This document shows positions 30,566 to 41,602 of a stretch of DNA of 64,000 nucleotides, piece after piece. The DNA lies in the IMG/VR virus record IMGVR_UViG_3300014073_000001; one strand, given 5' to 3'. Position numbers and translations under genes: made by a program. Positions within the stretch are counted from its first letter, which is position 1. Each line of letters opens with the position of its first letter. The notes beneath the pieces are model-generated. The model did not search any database and was not told the origin of the DNA. It saw only the letters and a program-made list of their open reading frames with translations. Source of the DNA: an uncultured virus (IMG/VR IMGVR_UViG_3300014073_000001) (taxonomy: Duplodnaviria; Heunggongvirae; Uroviricota; Caudoviricetes).

Positions 30566-31630
30566 CTATCGATCGGCAACATCTTTAAATTCAAGACTCA
30601 TCATGCTACGCAGAAGCGGTTGTTTGACGTACAACTCTTTCATGTTGCGCGCGATAATGTTTTCTACTAATCCTTTTGAAGTAGCAATTTCATATTGGAG
30701 TAGCTCACCCTCATATGTCATGTACAGTTTTGTGCCTAATGTGGCGCAGGTGCTATTATATACGCCTTGCTGGTCGTGCACTGTGATATCTTCACTCACC
30801 CAATCGATATACTTGCTTTTTTCGATCTTGGCGATAACATGCGAATTGGGATCGAATTCGGCATTATAGAAATATAGATGGCGTAATCCGAATGGATATT
30901 TGCCATTTCGATTCTTGTAGTTTACCGAGATGTTTATGATGAACTTGTAGAGATTGTATTTGTCATCCATCATGATTCGGCATGCTCCTACTTTGTTAAT
31001 CGGCGTTGTCAACGTATAATCAGGTAGGGTGGCTTGCATCAGATAACTCTGGATTTTATAAACCTCGACGCTTTCAATCGTAAAGCTGCCAGGTAAATAT
31101 GGCGCGATTTCAATCATATTGAACTGCGTATCACCCAGGAGATCGCCTACATTCACTTCCACCTCTAACTTAATGCTGGGTAAATCGTATTCTTCGAAGG
31201 CAATTCCTTTGCCGGCAATACTGTCATGCATCAGAATGGCTCTGTGCTTTTCGCTAGGCACATCATTAATACGTACATTAGCATTGTTTTTGAATACCGG
31301 CCCCATCGCTGTGGAAAAGTTAAATATGTTATTGGGCGTGCGTACGAACTTAGGATGCACAGTAGAGCCATATATATCATACTTTCCTGCCAAACCGCTC
31401 TGGCGCGCAAATACGATGCGATTATGCAAGTCATTGTTGGCAGCGCCGTTTAAGAGCTCCTGAATATTTAATAGCTCTTGCATAGAATATTCCTGCTCAT
31501 TCTTAATAACCGCCAGCTTACTGGTAAGGTCACTCTTCATCAGGTTCATGTTTGCTTCTATTTGAGCAATCGATTCTTGAGATTCATTCAGAATGTTACT
31601 AAGTTCTCTAGAATTCATTTTCGGTATCAT
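30566..31630 (-). CDS. Hypothetical protein, probable virion/structural module
   Basis: SD AGGGAG before MIPKMN; coiled-coil N-terminus plus beta-rich C-terminus; last gene of a coupled operon. Confidence 0.55.
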   Translation of the reverse strand: MIPKMNSRELSNILNESQESIAQIEANMNLMKSDLTSKLAVIKNEQEYSMQELLNIQELLNGAANNDLHNRIVFARQSGLAGKYDIYGSTVHPKFVRTPNNIFNFSTAMGPVFKNNANVRINDVPSEKHRAILMHDSIAGKGIAFEEYDLPSIKLEVEVNVGDLLGDTQFNMIEIAPYLPGSFTIESVEVYKIQSYLMQATLPDYTLTTPINKVGACRIMMDDKYNLYKFIINISVNYKNRNGKYPFGLRHLYFYNAEFDPNSHVIAKIEKSKYIDWVSEDITVHDQQGVYNSTCATLGTKLYMTYEGELLQYEIATSKGLVENIIARNMKELYVKQPLLRSMMSLEFKDVADR

Positions 31631-31640
31631 GGTAATCTCC

Positions 31641-31871
31641 CTATTCAAATTGATACGTAAGCAGCAAAGTTTTCTGAGATAAAGCTTCGTCACCGGTGAG
31701 GTGACTGAATACGGTATCGAATTCTTGCTTGGCCTGCGCCAGCTGATTCGCACTGCCGGCATTTAGGCGCTCTTCCAAAAGCATGATCTCATTATGCAGT
31801 TGAAAGATGTTCAGGATGAACTTATCGTATTCATATGGTCCGCGGTGCCTGAAGTTATAAGGAATCATCAT
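31641..31871 (-). CDS. Hypothetical small protein (structural operon)
   Basis: Start overlaps the upstream stop (TAATG); 76 aa. Confidence 0.6.
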   Translation of the reverse strand: MMIPYNFRHRGPYEYDKFILNIFQLHNEIMLLEERLNAGSANQLAQAKQEFDTVFSHLTGDEALSQKTLLLTYQFE

Positions 31872-33049
31872 TAGTCAAGCACCTCCAATGAACTCAATTC
31901 TTTGATTGCTACTGTATTGATCGAAACTGGATCCGTACCAATGCCTACGATTGTCACCTTTACGTCATTGTATTTAACAATCTCGCCAGGCAGAAATTCT
32001 TCTATCAGGAAGTCATGGAGCTGTACAGCTGTAGGATAGTAAAGTTTGCTGTCTTTGATGACACCATTCTCTTTTACAGCATATACTTGCCCATCAGTAA
32101 CAAAGTTGAATGTGAAGTCCTTATCGCATTCCAAGACAATTCTATGGCGCTTCTTAAGGTTAGTGATTGTCGTGCCCGTAAAGTTCTTACTCAGCGGCTG
32201 CTTCGCAAAGTCAAAGTTGATAAACGAACCTCCGGTTACGTAGAATTCAACCCGCCCGGGTTTGGCAATCACGCAAGGGCTGCCCTGAGTTTTTGTCACG
32301 AGCGTTAGAATTTTGCTGGTATCGTACACTGCTACAGTATCTTTGCCCCCGAAAACGATGTATTGGCTTTTCACTTTCGGCGTAAAACCGGCAATGTTTA
32401 ATTGGAAGGCCGAGTTGATCAGCTGATTGGCAGGCAAACTATAATTATAGGTAGTGGTTTTCGCCTCACCAGGTATATAAAAAAAGTCCTTGTTGTAGCT
32501 GTACGGTGAGCAGTTCTGTCCATCGAAGCTAAATACTACTTTATCTGCCGATATATTATTGGCGTCCAGAATGCACGCCAGGCGCGATCCCTTATTGGCA
32601 GAGATAGAACCGAGCGATACGACGGCAGTGTCTTGTTTGTACTTGGTGTTATAGCCGCTCGCCTGGAAGAAGATCGTTTTACCGAGCGATGTGCTACCAA
32701 TCTCCAGCTGGGTCTTATAATGATACTTGCGGGCCATATCTTCCAATTCGGCTAAGTGACTATCAGCATAGGCCTTTAAGTTCACATATTCCTTTACCGT
32801 GAGTTCGTACACAAGCTTGTAGAGGAAATAAAGATCTTGCCAGATGAGAGCCATATCTTGATTGAACTTTTCAGTATCGAACTCTGAGCCGGCTTTCGCC
32901 TGCAGGTAACGGAAGACAGCAACGCGATCATCGATACTGTTTACGCGATTTTGCACAGTAATCTCATCCGGATACACGCCACGCTTGGTGAGTTCCTGCA
33001 TAATCTGTGCTTTGTAGAAGTCCACTTTAAGGACCGCGTCTCTATACAT
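31871..33049 (-). CDS. Hypothetical protein, probable virion/structural
   Basis: SD AAGGGG before MYRDAV; helical N-terminus plus beta-rich C-terminus; overlaps neighbours. Confidence 0.55.
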   Translation of the reverse strand: MYRDAVLKVDFYKAQIMQELTKRGVYPDEITVQNRVNSIDDRVAVFRYLQAKAGSEFDTEKFNQDMALIWQDLYFLYKLVYELTVKEYVNLKAYADSHLAELEDMARKYHYKTQLEIGSTSLGKTIFFQASGYNTKYKQDTAVVSLGSISANKGSRLACILDANNISADKVVFSFDGQNCSPYSYNKDFFYIPGEAKTTTYNYSLPANQLINSAFQLNIAGFTPKVKSQYIVFGGKDTVAVYDTSKILTLVTKTQGSPCVIAKPGRVEFYVTGGSFINFDFAKQPLSKNFTGTTITNLKKRHRIVLECDKDFTFNFVTDGQVYAVKENGVIKDSKLYYPTAVQLHDFLIEEFLPGEIVKYNDVKVTIVGIGTDPVSINTVAIKELSSLEVLD

Positions 33050-34451
33050 CTTTCGTTTCCCCCTTACCCAGACAGACTTTGATATTGGATACGTATGGGG
33101 TTTCGACTCCATTCGGTGCTGTAATCACAACCGTTAGGATTGCGTTTTTGACACTTTCATTGATATGCTTAATTGTCGAATCGATGCTGACGTAATCCGA
33201 TGTTTTAACGATCTTCACACCATTTTGCTGTGAGTTAATAGGCGTTATTTCGTGATCAATACCATTAATATTTAACACGTACTTGAAGTAGCTGGCTGCC
33301 GGGAAATGCTCAGGAACATATTCATTAGCGAAGATGGCAATGCTCTTAACTGGTGAGGAGACAAGTTCATTGCTAATGAGCGTAGTCGTTTTCGCAAAGG
33401 CGCCCACCCGGGCCTGTATGTTATTGATACGTACGATGTGGCGTTTTGCACTCTCGACATTAACGACAGTCTCTTTTGGATTGGCGGCGTCGGTCGTATC
33501 TATATTCTTAAAAGCAATCTTATCCGTTGTTGTTCCTTGGGAGCGGAACACGATCTTTAGATATTTGGTAGACGGGAAGCAGATGATGCCGGATCCGTAC
33601 GCATAGGCACCGGATTCATACTTGGCGTCTTGGTTATTGATCTTAATCTCCTTGGAGAGAGCCGATGTAAATGTGACGCCATTGTCTGAAGAAGTTAATA
33701 CATCCCTAATAATGACGTTACTGAAATCACTCGTGACCTTAATCGTATTGAAATAATTTAAAGAACCAATCATAATGCCGCACTCTGCCTCTTCTCTATC
33801 GAAGTTCACAGGCGGCGGATATAGCTTCTCACTGACGTCAGCTGTTAAACGGGAATACTCGTATGCCGTAATCATGCTATCGTCAACAACGAATTCTTGC
33901 TTTGACGTGTCGATGGTCTCTTTGAGAAATTTACCATTGGCATAAACGAATTCATTGCCCTCGTAGCCGTTACCACGCACTTGCATTACCTGCAGAGTGA
34001 CAGGTTCTAATTTAGTAGCGTACGCCATAAAAGTTGTGCCCTGCTCTGTCGAGAAGTTGCCTTCGAAGTCAGCATCAGTTAATGTAACGACTCGGTCGAA
34101 GTCCGTATAGTTGCCACACAAGATATTGATATCTTTAAGTCTTTCTTCTTCCTGGTGCAGCTGCTGATCGACAGCATCGAGGCGAAGCTTTATGTCTTCC
34201 ATGAGACTGTCGAAGGCGTTTGCGGAATCGGCGATTTCACGATTGATAATCACCAGGTCGAGCGCAATTTCCACCAGAGCCGTATTCATATCTTCCGTAT
34301 CCGGTTCTTCTTCCGGATGTACGGAGCGGGCTGTGAAGATGGGTTCATACATATCCTTTTGGGCCAGTTCTGCAGACTTATCGAGTTTATCTAATTCAAT
34401 CAGATCTTGCTGGTATGCATTCTTAATGACCGCTATGCCTACTCTGTCCAT
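33042..34451 (-). CDS. Hypothetical protein, probable virion/structural
   Basis: 469 aa; coiled-coil N-terminus, beta-sandwich-like C-terminus; overlapping start and stop. Confidence 0.55.
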   Translation of the reverse strand: MDRVGIAVIKNAYQQDLIELDKLDKSAELAQKDMYEPIFTARSVHPEEEPDTEDMNTALVEIALDLVIINREIADSANAFDSLMEDIKLRLDAVDQQLHQEEERLKDINILCGNYTDFDRVVTLTDADFEGNFSTEQGTTFMAYATKLEPVTLQVMQVRGNGYEGNEFVYANGKFLKETIDTSKQEFVVDDSMITAYEYSRLTADVSEKLYPPPVNFDREEAECGIMIGSLNYFNTIKVTSDFSNVIIRDVLTSSDNGVTFTSALSKEIKINNQDAKYESGAYAYGSGIICFPSTKYLKIVFRSQGTTTDKIAFKNIDTTDAANPKETVVNVESAKRHIVRINNIQARVGAFAKTTTLISNELVSSPVKSIAIFANEYVPEHFPAASYFKYVLNINGIDHEITPINSQQNGVKIVKTSDYVSIDSTIKHINESVKNAILTVVITAPNGVETPYVSNIKVCLGKGETKDV

Positions 34452-35242
34452 GGAATGCCACCTCCATATTTGCGAATCAACATGTTTGTAATGTAGGAAG
34501 GCTCAGCCATTTCGCTGTAGAGTCGCTGTACAACCTTCACGCTTATAGTCTCGTTCTCAGGATAATATCTGTGGGCATTGATTGGTGTGTAGTCAATCGT
34601 ATAGAGCCCGTTTTGCAGATCCAACTCACTTAAGCTGTCGACTGTCCGCTTAACGATTTGGCCATCTTTTTTAATGGTCACATCCTTCTTGCTATCAATG
34701 CTAAAGCGTGGATTCATATTAAAAAAGAGCTTTTCGTTTACGACTTGCTCACAGGACACAGGAAGGATTGGAATCTCTTTCGTGCCATCGATAATATAAA
34801 ACTCGACGGAACAATCATCATTAGTGACTGCTGCGGCTGCCAGCTCAATAAAGCTACAGCGTCCGATCGTAATGTTGTCAAATACAACACCGCATGTTTT
34901 ATGAATCAAACGGTACCGCGAAGCGATTTCATCAATGCCGAAGAAGTACGTCGTTTTCGATACTTCCTTCAGATCGGTAGCGGTAGCAACCGGCTGAGGA
35001 CTATTGAACTGCTCAATCGCGGGTTGGGCAGGAACTTGCGGAATAGGCGGAGTTTCATACGGTCCCGTAACTTCTGTAGTAACTGTATCTACTTCGGCTG
35101 CTGGCGTAAAGACCCAGCCATTATCCACAGACTCAACAATCCCTGAAGCGTTCTGGGCAATGATACGATCTTGCTTAATAGCTTTCTTACTACGCTTATG
35201 TTGAAAGGCTAACCCTCGAAAGAATTTAGATAAGAAACTCAA
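34439..35242 (-). CDS. Hypothetical protein (structural operon)
   Basis: 267 aa, coupled to both neighbours. Confidence 0.55.
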   Translation of the reverse strand: MSFLSKFFRGLAFQHKRSKKAIKQDRIIAQNASGIVESVDNGWVFTPAAEVDTVTTEVTGPYETPPIPQVPAQPAIEQFNSPQPVATATDLKEVSKTTYFFGIDEIASRYRLIHKTCGVVFDNITIGRCSFIELAAAAVTNDDCSVEFYIIDGTKEIPILPVSCEQVVNEKLFFNMNPRFSIDSKKDVTIKKDGQIVKRTVDSLSELDLQNGLYTIDYTPINAHRYYPENETISVKVVQRLYSEMAEPSYITNMLIRKYGGGIPWTE

Positions 35243-36225
35243 GCTTCATCACCTCTCTTTTGCCCAGCTGCAATATTGCGCTTATCAATTTTTGTTTTTT
35301 CTTCCTGCCAGAATTTCACTCCACGCTGGAATTCTGCCTGCGCCATATCCGCCTGTGCTTGCCCGGTAAGCTGGGTCATATCATACAAGCTGGTCATACC
35401 TGCACTTCGTCGGAATTGCTCTGCTGCGATCATGTTCCAGAAGTCTACTTTTTCTTTGGAAGCATCGATCCGGAAGTTATCCGTCTTATAATTAGAGCAA
35501 CATATGGTAACTTTTAGGCCCTTGGCATTCTTGAGAACGCCATATGCATTATCGATATCACCAGCTGCTTCTTCCGCATCGGACTCATTGATGTACTTTA
35601 CATCGGTTACGTCGCAGTTCGCTGTTTTGATTGTGAGAAAGTTGCATTTGCGCGCACCGTCAAAGTTGATAGTAATCTCTTCTTTTACGCCACCCTCAAC
35701 AGGGTTGTCGAGCGTATAGAAGACCCGATACGGCCGGCCGCCGATGACCTCATTTAAACTATCCCGGTAATGAGGGTGTGCTTGTTTTTTAGAGATGCTC
35801 TTGAATAGGGTTTCCTCAATTTCCTGGCCAGACTGTATAATCTTGCCGCCTACAATATCAGCAACCGGTATAGTTGATCCGTCACGATCACGGACTGCCT
35901 CATTGCTCACAGTGAATGGGATTTCACATGCCACATACGTAGTGTCTTGGTAGCTATCTGCATTATGCTCAATGACCTTGAGCCTTGATTCAAACTTCTG
36001 CCGCTTCTCGGCGATTTCTTTCATCAAATACTGACGGCAATAGCTCTGCACATCTTCCAATACCCGGGTTTTCTCGTAGAGGTCAATGAGCTGCATCTCG
36101 ATATTGCCAAAAGCGTTGTTAGCATCGATTGAGCTCATCTTCTCGTTTATATCACCAACGCTTATGGTAGCTTCTTGGGTTAAGAAGTCTATAGCTACAT
36201 GGTAATCGCTTGACGTTTGTATCAT
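35239..36225 (-). CDS. Hypothetical protein (structural operon)
   Basis: 328 aa, SD GAGGTG; preceded by the TATAC-N12-GTAATA motif. Confidence 0.55.
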   Translation of the reverse strand: MIQTSSDYHVAIDFLTQEATISVGDINEKMSSIDANNAFGNIEMQLIDLYEKTRVLEDVQSYCRQYLMKEIAEKRQKFESRLKVIEHNADSYQDTTYVACEIPFTVSNEAVRDRDGSTIPVADIVGGKIIQSGQEIEETLFKSISKKQAHPHYRDSLNEVIGGRPYRVFYTLDNPVEGGVKEEITINFDGARKCNFLTIKTANCDVTDVKYINESDAEEAAGDIDNAYGVLKNAKGLKVTICCSNYKTDNFRIDASKEKVDFWNMIAAEQFRRSAGMTSLYDMTQLTGQAQADMAQAEFQRGVKFWQEEKTKIDKRNIAAGQKRGDEA

Positions 36226-36277
36226 TTGTAATCACCTCGTTGTATATATTACCGAGCAAACCCCGTATAATCAGCAA

Positions 36278-36303
36278 AAGGGGACGGAAGAATTTCCGTC
36301 CCC
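36278..36303 (-). terminator. Intrinsic terminator
   Basis: GGGACGGAA/TTCCGTCCC stem followed by TTTT on the - strand after the 662-aa gene. Confidence 0.6.
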
Positions 36304-36309
36304 TGAAGG

Positions 36310-38298
36310 TTAGATGGTGCGATCCATGCTGAGAATCAGGTCATGAATTCGGCCCACGAAGTCGGCTTTGTATTTCGGGTCTTCATACATGCCGCTATAT
36401 TCAGTATGCCAGTGGATCTGAAGTTCGAAATCGTTGAATGTCCTGGAGCGTAAATCTGGAGTCAGATAATCGCCTTCGTAAATTAATCGGTCCGAGATTC
36501 GGATATCTTTTTTGTTTCGGTCAGCCATTACAGCTGCAAGCGGAAGATCAATCTTCGTCTGATCGATTACTTTAAATTGACAGCTCGTTTTATCCCACAC
36601 GATATGCTGCGCCTTAAGCGTTACATTGTAACCGGCACGATATACCGGTTGGTTTGGTTCAGCATACAGGCCTTTACTAACGATGATCTCAGAGGAGTTC
36701 TGGTTGTTTATGCGACGGATGGTGGCACCGATGATAACATCTTCTTCCTCTTTCTTTAAGCCAAAGCCACCCAGTTCACTCATATCGTAGTTAAAAGTAA
36801 GACCGTCCGCTTTTTTAACTGGCAATGCGCTGCTGTCACTAAATACGTCAGCTTTCGGTAGGTTGGTTTCGTAGTAACCCTCGCGCGCAATGCGGAGTGT
36901 CAGGCGGGCCCGTGAGATTTCTACAGGGTCACTTGTCTTGAATTTAGCACTATAGACACCTTCACGATGAGGGGTAAAACCATTATTAATTACGCCACGG
37001 GTCGTGAGGCCATAATACATATCGGATGCGTTGATAATTGGGTCAGTTGTCAAACCGGTGCTAGTAGCACTGTCAGACTTTTGTACATAGTTATACGCGA
37101 TATTGTTAAGCTGTAGGTCGCCCAGGCTGTTATCTTCACGTTTATGCTGCAGGAAGACAAGTTCATAGTAGTTGCTATTATCAGCGTCCAGGGCTTCGAT
37201 AATAGCGCAGTAACGTACTTTACGCTCCATGGTGTCCTGCTCATTTAGCAGCGGGAATTTAGCCCCATTCCAGAAATCAAAGCTAACTATTCGTTCACCG
37301 TAGGCTGCTTCATGTGTTAGAGGCTGGCTCTTAGCAAGCAGGATGCCGTCTGCCTCAGCCCGCACGGGATTCTTCCAGTTAGGGATATCATTTTCATCTA
37401 TGATATAACACATAAGCGAACCTGGGGTACCATATGTCTTAGCTTGGATATCAAACTTAACAAGAAAGCCTTTCTGTGCATCAGGAATACGGAAAGTATA
37501 ACCGAATCCAGTGTTCTTGGATTTGATTTGCCGGCGCAGACGATAGGTATCGTCGTTCAAGCAGCTATACATTTCCTTAGCATCTGGAAGTAAGGTAGCA
37601 CTTTTAAGGAAGCTAAAGGTGCCGTCGACAATTTCACCTAAGCTCTTATAGATATCCACCTTAGTGGCCAGCATATTATAGGAGGTGGATGGAGTAAATT
37701 CGAGGGTTTGTCCATCGGGCGCCTTTTTGGTGATCCTTGCTATATGATAACGTGCAGCATCCTTGATATGAAGAACGATCCAGTCACCCTCATCGAACTT
37801 AGTAAACAGAATATCCTGGATAACAATCTCACGGTTGCTGGGTGAATCTTCGGTGTTGGTAGCGATGATATCAGCTTCATGAACCGTCTTATTGGATCTA
37901 AATAGGTCATGATAACCTGCATAGGGTTTATAGTCCGTGACTACACCGGCCTTAGCAAGTTCCATACGGAGCTGATAGAGCTCATCTCTTAAGTCACGGA
38001 ACTCGTTAGAGTACACCTTTTTGATGTTGTTAGAATCATTGACGATGGTGCCGCCTTCGGTCTTCGTCATATAATCGGTAGCCGGGAGATTTCCGAGATT
38101 CTCGGCGTTTCTCACGGTAGTCCGGTCATTGTAACTGGAAGCGATCGCAATTATTTTAGCGTCAGTGCCTGCAACTTTCTCTACATCAGAAGCCTTATCC
38201 GCTTTCGTGACAAAGTCTTTTACTGTATTAAGGTATTCGGATAGGTCATCTAAAGGTAATAGCGCTAAGCTTAATCGTGTGATGTTATTATCTGCCAT
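36310..38298 (-). CDS. Large beta-rich protein, probable tail/baseplate component
   Basis: 662 aa; NAENLGNLPATDY fibre-type motif near the N-terminus; context only. Confidence 0.5.
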   Translation of the reverse strand: MADNNITRLSLALLPLDDLSEYLNTVKDFVTKADKASDVEKVAGTDAKIIAIASSYNDRTTVRNAENLGNLPATDYMTKTEGGTIVNDSNNIKKVYSNEFRDLRDELYQLRMELAKAGVVTDYKPYAGYHDLFRSNKTVHEADIIATNTEDSPSNREIVIQDILFTKFDEGDWIVLHIKDAARYHIARITKKAPDGQTLEFTPSTSYNMLATKVDIYKSLGEIVDGTFSFLKSATLLPDAKEMYSCLNDDTYRLRRQIKSKNTGFGYTFRIPDAQKGFLVKFDIQAKTYGTPGSLMCYIIDENDIPNWKNPVRAEADGILLAKSQPLTHEAAYGERIVSFDFWNGAKFPLLNEQDTMERKVRYCAIIEALDADNSNYYELVFLQHKREDNSLGDLQLNNIAYNYVQKSDSATSTGLTTDPIINASDMYYGLTTRGVINNGFTPHREGVYSAKFKTSDPVEISRARLTLRIAREGYYETNLPKADVFSDSSALPVKKADGLTFNYDMSELGGFGLKKEEEDVIIGATIRRINNQNSSEIIVSKGLYAEPNQPVYRAGYNVTLKAQHIVWDKTSCQFKVIDQTKIDLPLAAVMADRNKKDIRISDRLIYEGDYLTPDLRSRTFNDFELQIHWHTEYSGMYEDPKYKADFVGRIHDLILSMDRTI

Positions 38299-38299
38299 A

Positions 38300-41200
38300 T
38301 TATCTCCACTCCAATGTTATCAAATTTTGAACCTTACGCTCATACGGATGGCCATGCTTTGCTTCGTAAGCCAACTTCTTGACTTGGTCGGTAGCTAAAA
38401 CATTATACATAGGGTCAGTGTTCAAGAAACCGGTTGCACTGCCCACTAGGAACGTAATGCAACCTTTGGCTCTATCTTTGTAATATCCGCTGTTATTCGT
38501 TAATCCGGTGAAGGTACCGTTGATGAAAATTAATATTTCATCTGCAGCCTCCAGGATGTCTTGAGGGAGTGAGTATTCATTTACGCCAATTTCAGTTTCA
38601 TCAGGATCGCTCCATTCGATGGATTGCTCTATTCGTTTAAATTCCTGTCTTACTTCAATCATTATTTGATCCGGAGTCGTGATCGGAATCTTGACTACTT
38701 TGCTGTCATTTCGTCTGATTGTCATTTCAGGATACGTCTCGCTATTGCCGATCAACTTCTTGGTAATATCCTTGAACATGATTGTATTGTTATCAAGGAT
38801 GGTCCAGCTGTTTTTCGGCATCCTGAGTCCTGATACGTAGACGGTGACTCTGCCTGGGTATAATGACATTTCGGTTTTATACACGTTAGGTGCATCGCCG
38901 AGGATATTCTCATATGTTAAAATCTCACGCTCACACGCTTTCTCGTGGCCGGTCTCAGCCTTTTCAATTACGTACGTAATCTTGCCGCTTACTTTTGCTG
39001 ACAAGGAGAAGCCGGTCCCATCTTTATACTCCAGAATGCTGTACAGTCTAATGCCATCTAACCAAACAGACAAGGCACCAGTTCCTGGTTCAAAGGGCGA
39101 TTCAACTGTAAAATCGCTTTCATCATGTGCCCATGTATTCCTTACAATCAACGGATGCTCTACCGAGTTAGCAAAGCTATATGCAAATACGGTAAACACA
39201 TCTTCCGGTTCGTAATCGAAGTTTATCTTGATAGCGCTTGTGGTGTTATCATATGAGAAGCAGATTGTCTGCATAGCAGTAATATCATCAGCTTCTAATG
39301 GTATCCACACTTCGTCGGCATAATCATAGATGCAATAATTAACCGCTACAGAAGAGCCTACGACTTCGATAAATGCTTTGACCTCATTATTGACTGCGCC
39401 TAGTTTCTTCTCTGCTCTTGACGCAGTAGTAACTAATGCAGTGCTGTTACATAGCAAGCTATTGTTCATGTAAACAAGCGACTCATCATTGCGGCCTACA
39501 TACATGGCTGCACTCAAATCTTTCTCAGCAATCATGTTACTGTTTTTATCGATCAGGATGATGTAATCATCGCCTTGTTGTAATCCGTTTACGCTCAGGT
39601 AATGGTCTATATTGTTCCTGACGATGTCTTCATTCTTGACCAATAAACCGTTAACAAAAAGTACGAGACCACAGTCATCAGGAATTACTGCACTATCAAA
39701 GTAGATCACATCTTCTCCAGTGCCAGTTGTATAGCTGACTACGCTGGCTTCCGCCATTAAGGATTCACCTTTGACTTCGTCGTAAAGCTCTACAATACCC
39801 CAACACATATCACGTTTACCGCCGGCAATATAAATTTCATTGCCGTTGATCTCGATCTCAGGGGCGGTGGCGGCGAAGGCTTCACCGTTTACGAAGATTA
39901 ATGGTTCTCTGAAGTTTGTTACTGTTTTAAGGATGCCACGGTTATCGATCGTATATTGCTTAATCCAGCCGTATTCGTTCCGGAGCGTTTGCCATACGGA
40001 AACTTCATTGTCTCTCGTATTATCCTTAATAGTAACGACTTGAGATAGCCCATCATATTCCCAAAAGGTGTTTTCAAGGTCGTATCCGTCTACAAATACA
40101 TTCAGTGGAGCCGTAGCTTTAGGAATGTAGTAGCTGCTTGCACTATCATTACTGCTAGTCTTTTTTAAATGACCACTAGACTTGATCCAGGAGAAATGAT
40201 ACGTGATAGCCAGGATATAATCGAAATTCTGTGATGCATTGTAGGTCAAGTTGATGCCACCTTCTACGTACGTATAATCGTCGTAGCTGTCGTCTTGCGT
40301 CGACCTAACCGGCTTCAGGAAACGGCCGAGACGCTCACCTTTCTTGAAACCATAGAACTCCGTATTCTGAGTTGTCATGTAGAATGTCGGATTGAAACGA
40401 TCAATCTTCAGCATGCGCTTTTCGATGCTTGTTATCTTACCCGGGTTGACGTGCACTAATGAATTTCGTTTACCGATAATATCCCATTTGGGATATTGTA
40501 TGGTAATTTGATTGACGACATCATAATCAAGCGAGAGGTCGTTGTTAATGAAGAGCCTATCCACATTGGCGTTAACAACAAGGAATTGGGTCTTAGCATC
40601 TTTAGGAATAAGCGGCAGTTCAAGTTCGGCAGCAAACAGTTTGTCGCCTATCGCATAGTTATCGACTTCGGATACCTTAGCATCATGCGGGATATCAAGC
40701 TTACTTTCTAATATTGCCCGCTCGTAATTCTCGAGTGCTACATCGTAGTCGTTCTCGATGACGGTATTGCCGGCTTTATTAAGCGGGCTTAGTAAGATAA
40801 AGTCTTCGAATGCGCTCATGTTGAGCTGAGAGGAGTCTACGTTAAGAGCTTTGATTGGTGCCCAGTTTACTCCATCGAAATAGTATAGTACACCGTTGTT
40901 GAGCCATATCTGTCCATACACAGGTTCAGTGGGAGGCAGCAGACTTAGCATCTGGTCAATCAGCTGAAACTTTGGTTTAAACACATTGACCATTCTGTCA
41001 TGAGCTTTATCATAGTAGTTCAATTCATTTTTGGCGCGATCCCACCAGAACGAACCGTGTATTTTCGGATGAGGGATGGATTCTTTGCCTTCAGGCACTT
41101 CAAGTAGATGCTTAATAGACTCAAAGACGGCCGCTAGTTCTTCGTTATATAGCAACTCTGACTGTCGGCCTGCGTTAAATTTTCTGTTAAAATCACTCAA
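38300..41200 (-). CDS. Large beta-repeat protein, probable tail/baseplate component
   Basis: 966 aa with recurring L.VFVNG/VWLDG/VYVSG/IFING beta motifs and a P..P..GQIW...LYYFDG..W motif typical of phage tail proteins. Confidence 0.55.
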   Translation of the reverse strand: MSDFNRKFNAGRQSELLYNEELAAVFESIKHLLEVPEGKESIPHPKIHGSFWWDRAKNELNYYDKAHDRMVNVFKPKFQLIDQMLSLLPPTEPVYGQIWLNNGVLYYFDGVNWAPIKALNVDSSQLNMSAFEDFILLSPLNKAGNTVIENDYDVALENYERAILESKLDIPHDAKVSEVDNYAIGDKLFAAELELPLIPKDAKTQFLVVNANVDRLFINNDLSLDYDVVNQITIQYPKWDIIGKRNSLVHVNPGKITSIEKRMLKIDRFNPTFYMTTQNTEFYGFKKGERLGRFLKPVRSTQDDSYDDYTYVEGGINLTYNASQNFDYILAITYHFSWIKSSGHLKKTSSNDSASSYYIPKATAPLNVFVDGYDLENTFWEYDGLSQVVTIKDNTRDNEVSVWQTLRNEYGWIKQYTIDNRGILKTVTNFREPLIFVNGEAFAATAPEIEINGNEIYIAGGKRDMCWGIVELYDEVKGESLMAEASVVSYTTGTGEDVIYFDSAVIPDDCGLVLFVNGLLVKNEDIVRNNIDHYLSVNGLQQGDDYIILIDKNSNMIAEKDLSAAMYVGRNDESLVYMNNSLLCNSTALVTTASRAEKKLGAVNNEVKAFIEVVGSSVAVNYCIYDYADEVWIPLEADDITAMQTICFSYDNTTSAIKINFDYEPEDVFTVFAYSFANSVEHPLIVRNTWAHDESDFTVESPFEPGTGALSVWLDGIRLYSILEYKDGTGFSLSAKVSGKITYVIEKAETGHEKACEREILTYENILGDAPNVYKTEMSLYPGRVTVYVSGLRMPKNSWTILDNNTIMFKDITKKLIGNSETYPEMTIRRNDSKVVKIPITTPDQIMIEVRQEFKRIEQSIEWSDPDETEIGVNEYSLPQDILEAADEILIFINGTFTGLTNNSGYYKDRAKGCITFLVGSATGFLNTDPMYNVLATDQVKKLAYEAKHGHPYERKVQNLITLEWR

Positions 41201-41270
41201 CAGGTCTCACTTCCTTCTAAGAATTAGCTGCTTCCAATGCTGCTAATTCTATTTTTAGTGTTTCAGATCA

Positions 41271-41546
41271 TTAGCGAGGAGCTATGGCACTTTCCAATAC
41301 TGTTATCCTTCCTTGTAATGTTGACACTTTATCTTCAAGCATCGATACTTTATCTTGTAAGTTCGAAACTTGTCCAGATAAGACTGTATTGCTGGTTTCC
41401 AATATAGACACTTTCCCGGTTAGAATTGCGTTGGACGTTTTAAGTATAGAAACTTCACTGTTAAGGGTTGTGCTGGATGTAGTCAATGTAACCAACTGAT
41501 TGCTGATACTTTTTATAAGAGCTGATAATGATTTATCCATATCCAT
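41271..41546 (-). CDS. Short heptad-repeat coiled-coil protein
   Basis: Nine near-perfect heptads (LNSEVSI LKTSNAI LTGKVSI LETSNTV LSGQVSN LQDKVSM LEDKVST LQGRITV LE); SD AAGGAG. Confidence 0.7.
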   Translation of the reverse strand: MDMDKSLSALIKSISNQLVTLTTSSTTLNSEVSILKTSNAILTGKVSILETSNTVLSGQVSNLQDKVSMLEDKVSTLQGRITVLESAIAPR

Positions 41547-41602
41547 TCTCCTTTTACAAAACAGATTATCACTTATTTAATTACAGGAAATGTCCGCATA
41601 TA

